The notes under the pieces were generated by a model, which searched no databases, had not been told where the DNA came from, and saw only the letters and a list, made by a program, of their open reading frames with translations. A stretch of 47,541 nt of DNA from the sequence record SRR31156797_4947; one strand, 5' to 3'. How positions within the stretch are numbered: position 1 is the stretch's first letter; each line of letters begins with the position of its first letter. The position numbers were made by a program, and so were the translations under genes. This document shows positions 19,292-29,660 of the stretch, piece after piece.

Positions 19292-20362
19292 TTAACCTTC
19301 ACAAATCCAATCAGAAGGGACTACCCTACCCCGGGGAATTGCCTCAAGATCAAGATCATGCCTACATCCGGCACTGGCCATGAGATACCCGGCATAGGCA
19401 ATCATAGCTCCGTTATCAGTACAAAGATGCATGGAAGGCAGAACCAGCGGAATGGAAAATTTTGCAGCCACATCAGCCATAACGGACCGTACAACTGAAT
19501 TCGCTGCAACCCCGCCAGCAACGATCAGGGATTTCACTTCCCTGTTCCGTTGCAAAGCCCTCTCAACCTTGACCTCAAGAGTCCGGCCCACAGTATAATT
19601 GAAGGAAGCCAGCATATTCTTGCGTTCTTCTGAAATTACAGGATCTTCAATGCCTTCTTCAGGCACCCCCATAACATCAAGACGCAATTCTGCATGCTGA
19701 TTCACATAATTAGCCACCGCAGTTTTCAAACCGCTAAAGCTGAAATCAAGGTTGTCATTATTAATATAAGGAACAGGGAAAAGCTTCTTATTAACAACAC
19801 CCTGCCTGCCCAGATCATCGACCAGCTTGCCGCCGGGATATGGGAGGTTCAGAGACTTCCCAGTCTTGTCAAAAGCTTCCCCGGCAGCATCGTCAAGAGT
19901 TCTACCAAGCAAGGTAAATTGCGAAGGACTTTCAATCAGATAAATATGGGTATGTCCACCGGAGACCAGTAAACCCAAGGAAGGAAACTGTAACTCCTGC
20001 TCAAGACCGGCAGCGGTTAAATGCGCCCAGAGATGGTTGACTCCGATGAGCTTTGCACGACTGGAAAGAACCAGCCCCTTAGCAAAGCTTAAGCCCATAA
20101 GCAAACAGCCCTGCAATCCCGGCCCTCTTGCTACAGAGACAACATCGATATCATCTATAGTCAGATCCTGTTCCTTTAACAATTCACGCAAAAGCACAGG
20201 AAGAACACGCAGATGCTCACGGGATGCGATTTCCGGAACAACACCTCCGAACACGGCATGGACATCGACCTGAGATGCAAGTTTTTCAGCAACCAGTTTT
20301 CCGTCCCGTACAAGGGCAAGCCCTGTTTCATCGCAGGAACTTTCGATACCAAGACAGAGCAT
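19292..20362 (-). CDS. tsaD: tRNA t6A37 threonylcarbamoyltransferase TsaD
   Basis: LGIESSCDET, GGVVPEIASREH, VNHLWAH, LVSGGHT, DDAAGEAFDK, TDNGAMIA. Confidence 0.97.
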   Translation of the reverse strand: MLCLGIESSCDETGLALVRDGKLVAEKLASQVDVHAVFGGVVPEIASREHLRVLPVLLRELLKEQDLTIDDIDVVSVARGPGLQGCLLMGLSFAKGLVLSSRAKLIGVNHLWAHLTAAGLEQELQFPSLGLLVSGGHTHIYLIESPSQFTLLGRTLDDAAGEAFDKTGKSLNLPYPGGKLVDDLGRQGVVNKKLFPVPYINNDNLDFSFSGLKTAVANYVNQHAELRLDVMGVPEEGIEDPVISEERKNMLASFNYTVGRTLEVKVERALQRNREVKSLIVAGGVAANSVVRSVMADVAAKFSIPLVLPSMHLCTDNGAMIAYAGYLMASAGCRHDLDLEAIPRGRVVPSDWICEG

Positions 20363-21378
20363 TAGCCGTCGTGCTCCTCATAAATGGAACTGATAGTCTC
20401 AACCTCATGTCGGGAACCAATGAACAAGGGCACACGCTGATGCAAATCATCAGGGATAATATCAAGGATGCGCTTAGTTCCATCAGTAGCCCGTCCTCCG
20501 GCCTGCTCTATGAGCATCGCCATGGGTGAAGCTTCACAAAGAAGACGCAGCTTGCCACGAGGTTTGGCGGGATCACGATGATCAGCCGGATACATAAAAA
20601 CTCCACCGTAAATTAAATTGCGATGAAAATCGGCAACAAGAGAACCTATGTACCGCAGACTGTAAGGCTTACCATGGATATTATCTTTGGACTTGAAATG
20701 ACCGATAACCTTTTTAGTAGCCTCGGACCAATACGGCCAATATCCTTCGTTCACGGAATAAATATTACCGTTATCAGGAATCTTCATATTTGGATGTGAT
20801 AAGAGAAATTCTCCAACACCAGGGTCCATAGTGAAGCCATGGACACCATCCCCGGTAGTAAATACCAACATGGTGGACGAACCGTAAAGAATATATCCGG
20901 CTGCCACCTGCTCACAGCCCGCCTGAAGAACATCAGTGGACTGAACCGGTGTACCGAGTTTACTCTTACGGCGAAAAATAGAGAAAATAGTTCCGATATT
21001 GACGTTAACATCAATATTGGAAGAGCCATCCAGAGGATCAAAAATAATAATATAGTTCCCCTGAGGAAGACCGTGCGGAATCTCGATAATATCTGCATTT
21101 TCTTCCGAGGCCATTGCACAGAGTACACCGGAACGAGCCATACGGTGGATCAGAATCCGGTTTGCGTATTCATCAAGCTTCTTTACTTCCTCACCCTGAA
21201 CATTAACTTCACCCGTAAAGCCCAGAACATCGACAAGTCCGGCCTTGTTTACTTCCCTGGAAATAATTTTTGCCGAAAGGACCAGTTCGTTAAAAAGATG
21301 AGTAAACTGCCCGGTAGCTCCGGGAATTTGTTTCTGGTGCAGTAACAGGTGTTCAGTAACAGTAATCTGCTGGGTCAT
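20362..21378 (-). CDS. fbp: Class 1 fructose-1,6-bisphosphatase
   Basis: [30 protein letters not shown]. Confidence 0.96.
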   Translation of the reverse strand: MTQQITVTEHLLLHQKQIPGATGQFTHLFNELVLSAKIISREVNKAGLVDVLGFTGEVNVQGEEVKKLDEYANRILIHRMARSGVLCAMASEENADIIEIPHGLPQGNYIIIFDPLDGSSNIDVNVNIGTIFSIFRRKSKLGTPVQSTDVLQAGCEQVAAGYILYGSSTMLVFTTGDGVHGFTMDPGVGEFLLSHPNMKIPDNGNIYSVNEGYWPYWSEATKKVIGHFKSKDNIHGKPYSLRYIGSLVADFHRNLIYGGVFMYPADHRDPAKPRGKLRLLCEASPMAMLIEQAGGRATDGTKRILDIIPDDLHQRVPLFIGSRHEVETISSIYEEHDG

Positions 21379-21464
21379 TTATCCTCCTTCGGAATGTCCC
21401 TGTGCGCGATTGTCAGAAAGAATTAAGCTTTAATACCAGATTTTTCAAATAAGACCTATAAATT

Positions 21465-22265
21465 TTAGAAAAAGAGTATGCCATCATCCTCATCTTCTTT
21501 AGAAACAGCTTTAGTCATATAGACTATCTGGGTGTCGCCAACATAGCGCGCCAACCATACATATCTTACTCCGGCCACAGAGACCACACCCCTGATCTGG
21601 TTGTCGAGAAGTTCGTCCCAATCAATCTTAAGAAGTGCTTCTTTGTTCAGATCTTCAGCTCCGGTCCAGACACCGCCGCCATCAGGCTGCATAATTATCA
21701 GCTGCTTGGGGTTCGGACAAAAATTCAAAAGAATCCGGGGGTCAAAGTGAACTACAACAAGCCCTTTAAATACAGCATCCTTAGAAAAAGGAGTAGCCAG
21801 ATACATTTCAGGACCAAACTCGGAATAACTGACAAAAGACTTCAGATTGATCTCATTCCAGTCCCCTTCATACTCAATGAGCGGTCCGGGCTTAAAAGGC
21901 TTGATCTCGGCCTCAGGCAACTTAACAAGAATGCTGGCCTCATCATCAACAGTCAAAACCCCGCTGATCCATGGAAACCGCATAAAAAGAAGCTTAAACC
22001 AGTTTTCATCAGGATGAGAATCCACAGTGGAAAGAATCTCGCAAAGCGACAGAATCTTCGCATCCACGGGGGTGAAAAGAAGAGCCAGTTTATTCTCGTC
22101 AGGATTTTCAATCCCGCCGTGTTTAAGGCTGATTTTAGGATTGGGGTCTACAGTCTGCTGCGCATCATGCCAGACTTTACTGCCGTATTCACAACCACTG
22201 GCACACAGCATAACCGCCAGAAAAGCAAAAAGTGCGACAGAGCGCACAGAATTTTTAAATTCCAT
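21465..22265 (-). CDS. Lipoprotein of unknown function, possibly Cache-like
   Basis: Signal peptide with lipobox ASGC; EMYLATPF...FKGLVVVHFDP pattern. Confidence 0.7.
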   Translation of the reverse strand: MEFKNSVRSVALFAFLAVMLCASGCEYGSKVWHDAQQTVDPNPKISLKHGGIENPDENKLALLFTPVDAKILSLCEILSTVDSHPDENWFKLLFMRFPWISGVLTVDDEASILVKLPEAEIKPFKPGPLIEYEGDWNEINLKSFVSYSEFGPEMYLATPFSKDAVFKGLVVVHFDPRILLNFCPNPKQLIIMQPDGGGVWTGAEDLNKEALLKIDWDELLDNQIRGVVSVAGVRYVWLARYVGDTQIVYMTKAVSKEDEDDGILFF

Positions 22266-22358
22266 ATCTCATACCCGGATTCCGTGCATAATCAGCACGA
22301 ATCCTTCTGTATATTATTAAGTTATATCTTTAAATAAGACCGAAAATCAGGATAGTTA

Positions 22359-23234
22359 TTATCTGGTAGCCCTTGCTTCGAGCCGCTCGGCAAGAAGTTC
22401 AAGAGTGCCCATCAATTTACTTTTAGCGTGTTTGAAATAGGGGTCTTTGCTTGCATCATCGCCTGACACATCTTCCATTGGAGTCTGGCTGATGCGACTT
22501 GAAATATCGGCCATAAAAGACATCAATTCCTCTTTATCCTCGTCCGATGCTTTGCAAAGCAGGTCGCGATAAATTTCAAGAGCTCCCTCAAGGTCGCCTT
22601 GTGAAGCCAAAACTTCCGCCATGGTTTTGGTCTTGAGATTGTCCATGACAGCAGGATTGGTCAAGTCTTCTGCAGACTCTCCATCAAAATCAACAAGGGC
22701 TGCCGCCTCGGAAATTTCATCGACCAGCAACTCACTTTCTTCCGGTTCAGGGCGAACGAAATCACCGGGAGTTTCATAGCTATCTTTGAACACAGCAGGC
22801 TCTGCTCTCTGGCTCCCCTCGCCAACGGAAACCCCAGTCAGCTGCTTGATACCCTCGGCCATAACATCAGACCATGACATGGGTGAACCGTGAAGAGCGG
22901 AGAAAAGAAAGGCCATAGCCCCGGCCACATCGTCATTACCTTCAGAAACAGAAGCACCCCACATTTTCCAGAATGAGGGGTAGGAAGAAAAAAGCCTGGT
23001 CAGCGGAGCAACGGCTGCTTTTGCTTCAGAAGCCCGATCAAGTTTAGCAAGGGTTTCAACCAGCAACAGGCGAGCTTCAAGATAGTCAGGATGACGGTCA
23101 AGTCCCATCCTGAGAGTGGTTACAGCTTTTTCATGATTACCCATTTCAACATAAAGACGGGCCAGAGGAAAAAATACTTTCGAGCTGGGCTCCAGAGCCA
23201 GAACTTCCTGATACCACTCAATCTTGCTTTGCAT
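22359..23234 (-). CDS. Tetratricopeptide-repeat protein
   Basis: VFFPLARLY...AVTTLRMGLDRHPDYLEAR and TMAEVLASQGDLEGALEIY TPR helices. Start is ATG 23234 or GTG 23240. Confidence 0.85.
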   Translation of the reverse strand: MQSKIEWYQEVLALEPSSKVFFPLARLYVEMGNHEKAVTTLRMGLDRHPDYLEARLLLVETLAKLDRASEAKAAVAPLTRLFSSYPSFWKMWGASVSEGNDDVAGAMAFLFSALHGSPMSWSDVMAEGIKQLTGVSVGEGSQRAEPAVFKDSYETPGDFVRPEPEESELLVDEISEAAALVDFDGESAEDLTNPAVMDNLKTKTMAEVLASQGDLEGALEIYRDLLCKASDEDKEELMSFMADISSRISQTPMEDVSGDDASKDPYFKHAKSKLMGTLELLAERLEARATR

Positions 23235-23544
23235 CTGCACCTGCTCCCTGAGTCTTTAGCTCCCCTGATTTGGGGAAAATATATAACACTTCATTTTCCT
23301 TAACATAATTCATCCGGCTGCGAATGACTTTCTCCTGATAAGCCCGATCAGTCTTAAGTCGTCTGATCTCCCTGCTCAATTCAAGGGTACGGTTGTCAGC
23401 AGCTTCAATTTTCCGCTCCAGTTCCTGAACCTTGTCATCCAGTTCTAAGTAACCGAAAAATCCCTGCTCACTCATCCCGAGCCGTATAAGCAGCACAAGA
23501 TTAATTACAACCAGCAACCCCAGCAAGACTCTACGTCGCAGCAT
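23218..23544 (-). CDS. ftsB: Septum formation initiator, FtsB/DivIC family
   Basis: N-terminal TM, coiled coil, EKVIRSRMNYVKENE motif. Confidence 0.8.
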   Translation of the reverse strand: MLRRRVLLGLLVVINLVLLIRLGMSEQGFFGYLELDDKVQELERKIEAADNRTLELSREIRRLKTDRAYQEKVIRSRMNYVKENEVLYIFPKSGELKTQGAGADAKQD

Positions 23545-23555
23545 CAATCAAGCTC

Positions 23556-23834
23556 CTACTGAAGCCGGGTAAATATTTTTATAGGCGACTCAACCTGCCC
23601 CAGCGGAACTCTGAGTTCGTGCAAAAAATTATCCGTGGCAGACTCAATCCGTTCGACTTCGGCTTCGCTCACCATGATTTTTTCCATTTTGCTCATAAAC
23701 CCTTTAAGCACTTCAAGTTCTTCAACAAACCTGCTGTTTAAGTCAAGCTTTTCAAGCTCCTGTTCCATCTCAAGAATTGTTTCAAGACAATTATTGAGTC
23801 TTAGCACAAGATTATGTCGGTCATTGCCGTTCAT
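23556..23834 (-). CDS. Small helical hypothetical protein
   Basis: 92-aa ORF with GGA RBS, packed between pgsA and ftsB. Confidence 0.75.
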   Translation of the reverse strand: MNGNDRHNLVLRLNNCLETILEMEQELEKLDLNSRFVEELEVLKGFMSKMEKIMVSEAEVERIESATDNFLHELRVPLGQVESPIKIFTRLQ

Positions 23835-23873
23835 TGATAGTCCTATCCGTAACGTTTTTCTAATAAATTTTTA

Positions 23874-24419
23874 TTATTCGCTAGTTAACCAGACTTTATG
23901 CAAATTGTACATATAATTAGCACCGGAAAACACAGTTAGGAAAACAGCCACGTAAAGAATCCACATTCCCAGCTGATGCATATCAATTCCAAAATAAGGA
24001 AAATGCAGGAGCAAGGGACCAAGCGCGAAGCTCTGGACGACGGTCTTCAGTTTTCCAAACTTGTCAGCAGCAAGTACCAAGCCCATATCCACTGCAATAG
24101 CGCGAAGTCCGGTAACAGCCAGTTCGCGGCAAACAATAACCACAGTAATCCAACCGCTTACATATCCCATATAGCTGAGCATGATTAGGGTCGAACAGAT
24201 AAGCAGTTTATCAGCCAGCGGATCAAGGAACTTGCCGAGGTTGGTAACCTGATTGCTGCGACGAGCAATGTATCCGTCAAAAAAGTCGGTCAGCGATGCC
24301 AGAAAAAAGACAAAGGCTGCTAGAAACATGGTCAATTTGGTCGGATAGTAAAGGAGAGCAACAATTAAAGGTACCGCAAGAATGCGTCCAAGAGTCAGGG
24401 AATTGGCAAGGTTGAACAT
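23874..24419 (-). CDS. pgsA: CDP-diacylglycerol--glycerol-3-phosphate 3-phosphatidyltransferase
   Basis: DFFDGYIARR...GKFLDPLADK CDP-alcohol phosphotransferase motif; GKLKT. Confidence 0.95.
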   Translation of the reverse strand: MFNLANSLTLGRILAVPLIVALLYYPTKLTMFLAAFVFFLASLTDFFDGYIARRSNQVTNLGKFLDPLADKLLICSTLIMLSYMGYVSGWITVVIVCRELAVTGLRAIAVDMGLVLAADKFGKLKTVVQSFALGPLLLHFPYFGIDMHQLGMWILYVAVFLTVFSGANYMYNLHKVWLTSE

Positions 24420-24527
24420 AAGGAGTCCCGGGTCGTGAAATTCATTTAGTCAGAGCAATTGCTCTGAAGCCTGCAAGCCTTTGTGTAATGCAGGGAGCCG
24501 CAAACGGCCCCCTGCAAGAACTGCATG

Positions 24528-24556
24528 ATTCTGTGCCGTGGCGGACCGTATGTCAA
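24528..24556 (-). promoter_or_regulatory. Sigma-70 promoter candidate for pgsA
   Basis: TTGACA-N17-CAGAAT on the minus strand. Confidence 0.55.
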
Positions 24557-24595
24557 CCCGGCAATGAGATTACGCCCAAAAAAAGGCGCTTTTTC

Positions 24596-25492
24596 TTAAG
24601 TATGAGTGCTGGAAGCAACCTCAAAACTACTTTCCGCTGCATCAGCAATCTCGTCAGCGACTTTACGGAAAGCAAGCTTAGCCGGAGAATCTTCTTCAAG
24701 AAGAACCACAGGTTTACCGAGGTCTCCGGCAACAACAGTGGTGGGATCAAGAGGAACCGCACCAAGGAAAGGCAGTCCATATTTTGCAGCAAGCTCTTCA
24801 CCGCCACCCTTCTTAAAGAGATCAATGTTCTCATGACAGTGGGGGCAGATAAGTCCGCTCATATTTTCAACCACACCCATGATGTTGGCCTTGGCATACT
24901 GCAGGAAGTTGATTGCCTTCCTTACGTCGGCAAGGGAAACTTCCTGAGGAGTAGTAACAACCACTGCAAGGGATTCAGGGATGGTTTTAAGTACAGTCAT
25001 GGGTTCATCGCCGGTGCCCGGAGGGGAATCGACTACGAGGAAGTCAAGCTCGCCCCACTGAACGTCAGATATGAACTGCCTGATAGCGGAAGTTTTCATG
25101 GGACCACGCCAGAGGACAGCCTGATCTGGGTCCTTGAGCAGGGATTCCATGGAAACCACGTGCAAGTTGTCGTTTACCTTTTTGGGAACAACGAGGTTGC
25201 CGCGCTCAACATCAAGCTGGCCGGTAATTCCAAGCAGGTGCGGAACACTAGGACCATGGATGTCAACATCAAGGATACCAACCTTGAAACCTTTATCAGC
25301 AAGAGCTGCGGCAATGTTGACCGCCACAGAACTTTTACCCACACCGCCTTTGCCACTCATTACAAAAATTTTGTATTTGATCTTCTGCAAAGTTGAAGAA
25401 ATCAACTCATTCTGAAGAGCCTGAGCAGCACTCGCTTTCTTATCCCCACCCTTCTGAGGAGCAGAAGAACAGGAACTACATGATGAACTCAT
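24596..25492 (-). CDS. mrp: Mrp/ApbC/NBP35 Fe-S cluster carrier ATPase
   Basis: SGKGGVGKS, DVDIHGPS, WRGPM, DSPPGTGD, ENMSGLICPHC. Confidence 0.93.
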   Translation of the reverse strand: MSSSCSSCSSAPQKGGDKKASAAQALQNELISSTLQKIKYKIFVMSGKGGVGKSSVAVNIAAALADKGFKVGILDVDIHGPSVPHLLGITGQLDVERGNLVVPKKVNDNLHVVSMESLLKDPDQAVLWRGPMKTSAIRQFISDVQWGELDFLVVDSPPGTGDEPMTVLKTIPESLAVVVTTPQEVSLADVRKAINFLQYAKANIMGVVENMSGLICPHCHENIDLFKKGGGEELAAKYGLPFLGAVPLDPTTVVAGDLGKPVVLLEEDSPAKLAFRKVADEIADAAESSFEVASSTHT

Positions 25493-25546
25493 ATCAATGC
25501 CTTTGTTGTATATTAAAAACTCGGGGAACCCTCTCCCCGGTCAACT

Positions 25547-26506
25547 TCAGCTGTCCTTGGCTGAAGATACCCATTCCAAGATAATCACTGCTGCGAATCC
25601 GGCAACCATCAGCAGCACAGCACTCGCAAATTCCCCGTCATAAGCAGGAGGCAGCACATTTGCTTCGCTCAAGACGTGAATTTTACCCCGTATCACCACA
25701 GAATCTAAGACCTCTTTCCAAGGCCAGATTTTACGCATGGCCCCGGCCATAAAACCGGTCAGCAGACTCACGGTCAATGCATGGTGTTTTTCCAGCAAAA
25801 AATGCAGTACACGGGAAAAAAGAGAAATACCGAAAGCGCAACCACAAACAAAAGCCAACAGGATGGCCCCGTTTTCAAGGGTTGTGGGATTGCGAATGGC
25901 TCCGGTGATAAATTCGTATTTACCCAGAAGCAGGAGGATAAAGGCCCCGCTAATACCGGGAAGGATCATTGCACAAATGGAAATTGAAGCACAGAGAAAC
26001 ACAAACCAAAGGGTGTCCGGGGTGGTTACGGGGATAAGTCCCACTAAAAAGAAGCTAAAAACAGCACCGACTACACCGGAAAAAACATTCTTTGCCGAAA
26101 ACGCCCCGACCCTTCTGCCTACAACCAGAATGGACGCGGCAATAAGGCCGAAAAACAAGGACCAGACCTGCACGGGATGTGTTCCAAGTACGGTATGGAT
26201 AACACGGGCCATGGAAACCATAGCCACTACTATACCGAATAAGAGAGGGAGCAGAAATCTAAGATGAGCCTCGGCAACAGCCCCGGCCAGGTCAAACCTT
26301 AGCAGGCTCTTTATGAATTTTCCGTTAAAAGAGCGGATGGAATCAATGAGATTGTCATAAATCCCAGTGATGAAAGCCATGGTCCCGCCAGAAACACCGG
26401 GAATGATGTCAGCCACTCCCATACAGACACCTTTGAGGATAAGTACAAGGTAATCACGAATTGACTCCGGCCCCGGTCCATTCTTCCATGCTTGAATAAA
26501 ATTCAT
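25547..26506 (-). CDS. DUF368 family membrane protein (undecaprenyl-phosphate translocase family)
   Basis: Repeated PGVSGGT / PGISGA motifs in a multi-TM protein. Confidence 0.9.
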   Translation of the reverse strand: MNFIQAWKNGPGPESIRDYLVLILKGVCMGVADIIPGVSGGTMAFITGIYDNLIDSIRSFNGKFIKSLLRFDLAGAVAEAHLRFLLPLLFGIVVAMVSMARVIHTVLGTHPVQVWSLFFGLIAASILVVGRRVGAFSAKNVFSGVVGAVFSFFLVGLIPVTTPDTLWFVFLCASISICAMILPGISGAFILLLLGKYEFITGAIRNPTTLENGAILLAFVCGCAFGISLFSRVLHFLLEKHHALTVSLLTGFMAGAMRKIWPWKEVLDSVVIRGKIHVLSEANVLPPAYDGEFASAVLLMVAGFAAVIILEWVSSAKDS

Positions 26507-26512
26507 TATGAC

Positions 26513-27157
26513 TTACCAGCCCTGTTTACCCACCAGATCAACAAAGGCACAGCCGCCCATATCGGTGGTTTCTATTTTACCATCCGTTTTAGTAACCAGC
26601 ATAAGCCGCTGTACACGCCTCTGGCCGCCTACGGGAATGACCAGTATTCCGGGATCAGCCAGCTGATCGATGAGATATTGAGGGATCTCCGGCCCTCCGG
26701 CGGTAACAATTATACGGTCGTAAGGGGCATTATCCGGCCAGCCCATTGTACCGTCATCCAGCTTAAGTTGGATGTTGAAATATCTCATATCGAAAAGAAG
26801 TTTGCGAGCAGAAATGAATAACTTGCGAATTCTTTCCACAGAAAACACATCCGCTCCCATTTCTGCGAGCACCGCAGCCTGATAACCGGACCCGGTTCCG
26901 ATCTCCAGAACCTTATGCCCCCGCTTAATCTTCAAAAGCTCAGACATGGCAGCGACGATGTACGGTTGAGAGATGGTCTGCCCTTCCCCGATAGGCAAAG
27001 CACTGTCAGAATAGGCACGTGAAGCAAGGGCATCCTGTACAAACATGTGTCTAGGAACTCTACGCATGGCATCAAGAACATTTTTATCGGCAACACCGCG
27101 GGCTGCTATCTGTTCTTCCACCATCTTCAATCTGGAACGCTTTGGGTCTATACGCAC
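26513..27157 (-). CDS. pcm: Protein-L-isoaspartate O-methyltransferase
   Basis: [37 protein letters not shown] start. Confidence 0.96.
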   Translation of the reverse strand: MRIDPKRSRLKMVEEQIAARGVADKNVLDAMRRVPRHMFVQDALASRAYSDSALPIGEGQTISQPYIVAAMSELLKIKRGHKVLEIGTGSGYQAAVLAEMGADVFSVERIRKLFISARKLLFDMRYFNIQLKLDDGTMGWPDNAPYDRIIVTAGGPEIPQYLIDQLADPGILVIPVGGQRRVQRLMLVTKTDGKIETTDMGGCAFVDLVGKQGW

Positions 27158-27394
27158 TTATCCCCCGTCAGCCGGAAACCGATTACGGCAAGGCCTGAAA
27201 ATTAATTTTTAACTATGAATTCCCGGACAAATAACACAGCCGAATTAATTCATTGTTTGCAGTTGAAAATCAGATTTTAGCGGTCAAGTCAACCAGAATG
27301 GCATTAATTGGCATTTAAAGCTGTTTTTTCCACATACATCTTGACACAAAAGCGACATAAAGAGAGATTATAGTAAGGACAAAAGGAGGACCAC

Positions 27395-27832
27395 ATGCTG
27401 AAAGTCAACGATCTAATGACCACGGAACTTTTCACCCTAAGTGAATCTGATAATTTAAAAATGGCCAGATCGCTTATGGACCTGCAACGCATCAGACATA
27501 TCCCCATTGTAAATGACGACCGGGAATTTATTGGACTTGTGACCCACCGCGATATCCTGCGGGCTACGATCTCCCAATTGGCTGACATTGATCCGGCCAC
27601 TCAGGGCGAGATTGATTCAGGAATTCCTGTCGGGGAAATAATGCGCACGGACATCAAAACCATTTCAGAAAACACTTCATTAAAAGAAGCGGCCATACTC
27701 CTTTTGGATCACAAATACGGTTGCTTTCCTGTAGTTAACGAAAAGAACGGATTAATCGGAATCCTGACTGAAGCTGACTTTCTAAAGCTGACCATCAGCC
27801 TGATGGAAGCACTTGAGAAAAACGACGACTAA
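27395..27832 (+). CDS. Stand-alone tandem CBS-domain protein
   Basis: VNDLMT...IRHIPIV...GLVTHRD and VGEIM...GCFPVV...GILTEAD; AGGAGG RBS. Confidence 0.92.
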   Translation: MLKVNDLMTTELFTLSESDNLKMARSLMDLQRIRHIPIVNDDREFIGLVTHRDILRATISQLADIDPATQGEIDSGIPVGEIMRTDIKTISENTSLKEAAILLLDHKYGCFPVVNEKNGLIGILTEADFLKLTISLMEALEKNDD

Positions 27833-27895
27833 ACCACTCTCCTCCTGAAACTTCAGTGCAATACTTCCTGCGCTGACTTTTCGAGCATAATTAAT

Positions 27896-27930
27896 AAAAA
27901 TGGGATTGAGCGCCACACTCAATCCCATTT
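27896..27930. terminator. Bidirectional terminator between convergent genes
   Basis: AAATGGGATTGAG...CTCAATCCCATTT. Confidence 0.75.
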
Positions 27931-27935
27931 ATGTT

Positions 27936-28385
27936 TTATAATTCTCTATCCAGCAGCAAGTGTGAAAAATATCCGGTTACAAAAGCCACATAATAGGGCA
28001 GCAAGGTCGGAAACGGCTGCCCATAAACATAATACGGCAAAAGCAGCATAGGCATAGGCACCATCAACATGGCCCACCATGTATGAGTCCAGCCACGATG
28101 AGCACTTATTCCGGGCAGCATAGCCAGAATTCCCAAATATGCCGCCCACTGAAACTGATCAAAATAAATCAGAGTCAGAGACAAAAGCAGCATGCCTGAA
28201 TAATAAATCCTCTTTCCCTTTGAATCTGTATCAATATCCGGAAAAAGCGCCCCCAGCACACAGAGCACGAACAATGCCACAACCTGCTGCGGATCAATCA
28301 CATACAGACCGATATTAGCCAATCCTAGAAGAACCAGCGCTCCGGCCACAATCGAACCGCTCACATGAACCTTATATCCCGGCAT
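27936..28385 (-). CDS. YdjM-like membrane-bound metal-dependent hydrolase
   Basis: N-terminal His, PDID, HRGWTH and SHLLLD motifs. Confidence 0.88.
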   Translation of the reverse strand: MPGYKVHVSGSIVAGALVLLGLANIGLYVIDPQQVVALFVLCVLGALFPDIDTDSKGKRIYYSGMLLLSLTLIYFDQFQWAAYLGILAMLPGISAHRGWTHTWWAMLMVPMPMLLLPYYVYGQPFPTLLPYYVAFVTGYFSHLLLDREL

Positions 28386-28418
28386 TTCACAACCACTTAT
28401 TTTAAAAAAACTAACAAC

Positions 28419-28455
28419 AAAAAAAGTGCCCCTCCGTAAGGAAGGACACTTTTTT
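28419..28455 (-). terminator. Rho-independent terminator after sufB
   Basis: AAAAAAAGTG...CACTTTTTT hairpin. Confidence 0.7.
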
Positions 28456-28474
28456 CAATAATATGTCAAACAGT

Positions 28475-29635
28475 CTACATAGCGTCGCTAGCGTCAAGTT
28501 CCTCGATCTGTTTGTCGATTTCTTTCTGCAGCTTTTCGGGCAGGCCCATAATGTCAACGTTCAGGAAGCCGCGTACGATGGTTGAGGTTGCTTCGTCCTC
28601 GTCCATTCCGCGGGCCATGAGATATTCAATTTCTTCCTGCGCAATTTTACCGACTGCAGCCTCATGGGAAAGCTCAACGCCTTCCACAGTAGCTTCCAGC
28701 TCGGGAACGGCATGGATGCGTCCACCGCCGAGGATAAGCCCCTGACACTCAATATGTCCGCGTGCTGGAACATTGTTACCCTGAATATGACCACGGGAAA
28801 TAATGGTACCGCCAGTGGTAATAGTGCGGGAAATTGTTTCCGCCTTGGTGTCGGGTGCGTTCTGGATAATCCGGGTTCCAGTATCAATGTAGGAACCTTC
28901 AGGAGCGACCAGTACAGAGTTAAAACGCGCAACTGCGCCTTCTCCGTTCAGGAAAATAGTCGGGTAAGAATTGAGGTCCTTAACCTTTTTCATGAGCACG
29001 TAGTTGTTGATGAGAGTTCCGCCCTCTTCAACAACACCCATGGTGCTGGGACGTACAACGGTATTTTCACCCCAGTTGTGAACCATGGTGAAAGTCAGCT
29101 TACCGCCTTTCTTAACGTAAATTTCAGAAAGTCCGAAATGACCCCCGGAAAATTTCTCGTGGGCAGCGGCACAACCGGTAATAATGTGCAGTTCGGAATT
29201 TTCTTCTACAACAACGATATTGTGGATATTCTGCCCAGAATTTTCAGCTTTAAGAAACAGACAGGACTGGACGGGCTTTTCAATCTTGGCACCCTTCTTG
29301 GTGCGTACAAAGTAACCGCCGTGCAGATTGTCTGCAGCATTGCGGGTAAACTCGTCCTTATCTTTGTCAATAAGCTTGAAGTAGTAATCAGTCAGGCCGT
29401 CGTATTTTTCAAGGGCCTTCTTGATGTCCATGACTTCAACATCTTTATCATTAGTACCGCAGTGTACGTTGGAGTGGTCAACCTGCATAAAGGTAGCACT
29501 GACGTCCTTGGAATCGACGTCCACACCAGCCATGATCAACTGCTCTTTCTCATCAGCTTCAATTGAAGTCAGGTCTTCAATTACCGCATGTTCCAGACCA
29601 TCAAATTTGAAATCGTTCAGATCAATTTTCTTCAT
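28475..29635 (-). CDS. sufB: SufB/SufD-family Fe-S assembly scaffold (SmsB-like)
   Basis: LHIITGC, GHIECQGL, AVPEL, LSHEAAVGKI, YLMARG. Confidence 0.88.
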   Translation of the reverse strand: MKKIDLNDFKFDGLEHAVIEDLTSIEADEKEQLIMAGVDVDSKDVSATFMQVDHSNVHCGTNDKDVEVMDIKKALEKYDGLTDYYFKLIDKDKDEFTRNAADNLHGGYFVRTKKGAKIEKPVQSCLFLKAENSGQNIHNIVVVEENSELHIITGCAAAHEKFSGGHFGLSEIYVKKGGKLTFTMVHNWGENTVVRPSTMGVVEEGGTLINNYVLMKKVKDLNSYPTIFLNGEGAVARFNSVLVAPEGSYIDTGTRIIQNAPDTKAETISRTITTGGTIISRGHIQGNNVPARGHIECQGLILGGGRIHAVPELEATVEGVELSHEAAVGKIAQEEIEYLMARGMDEDEATSTIVRGFLNVDIMGLPEKLQKEIDKQIEELDASDAM

Positions 29636-29660
29636 GATAATTCTCCGTGGATTTACACTG

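Noticed and set aside
24488-25396. 302-aa plus-strand ORF
   Set aside because: Antisense shadow of the well-supported mrp gene; no recognisable motifs.
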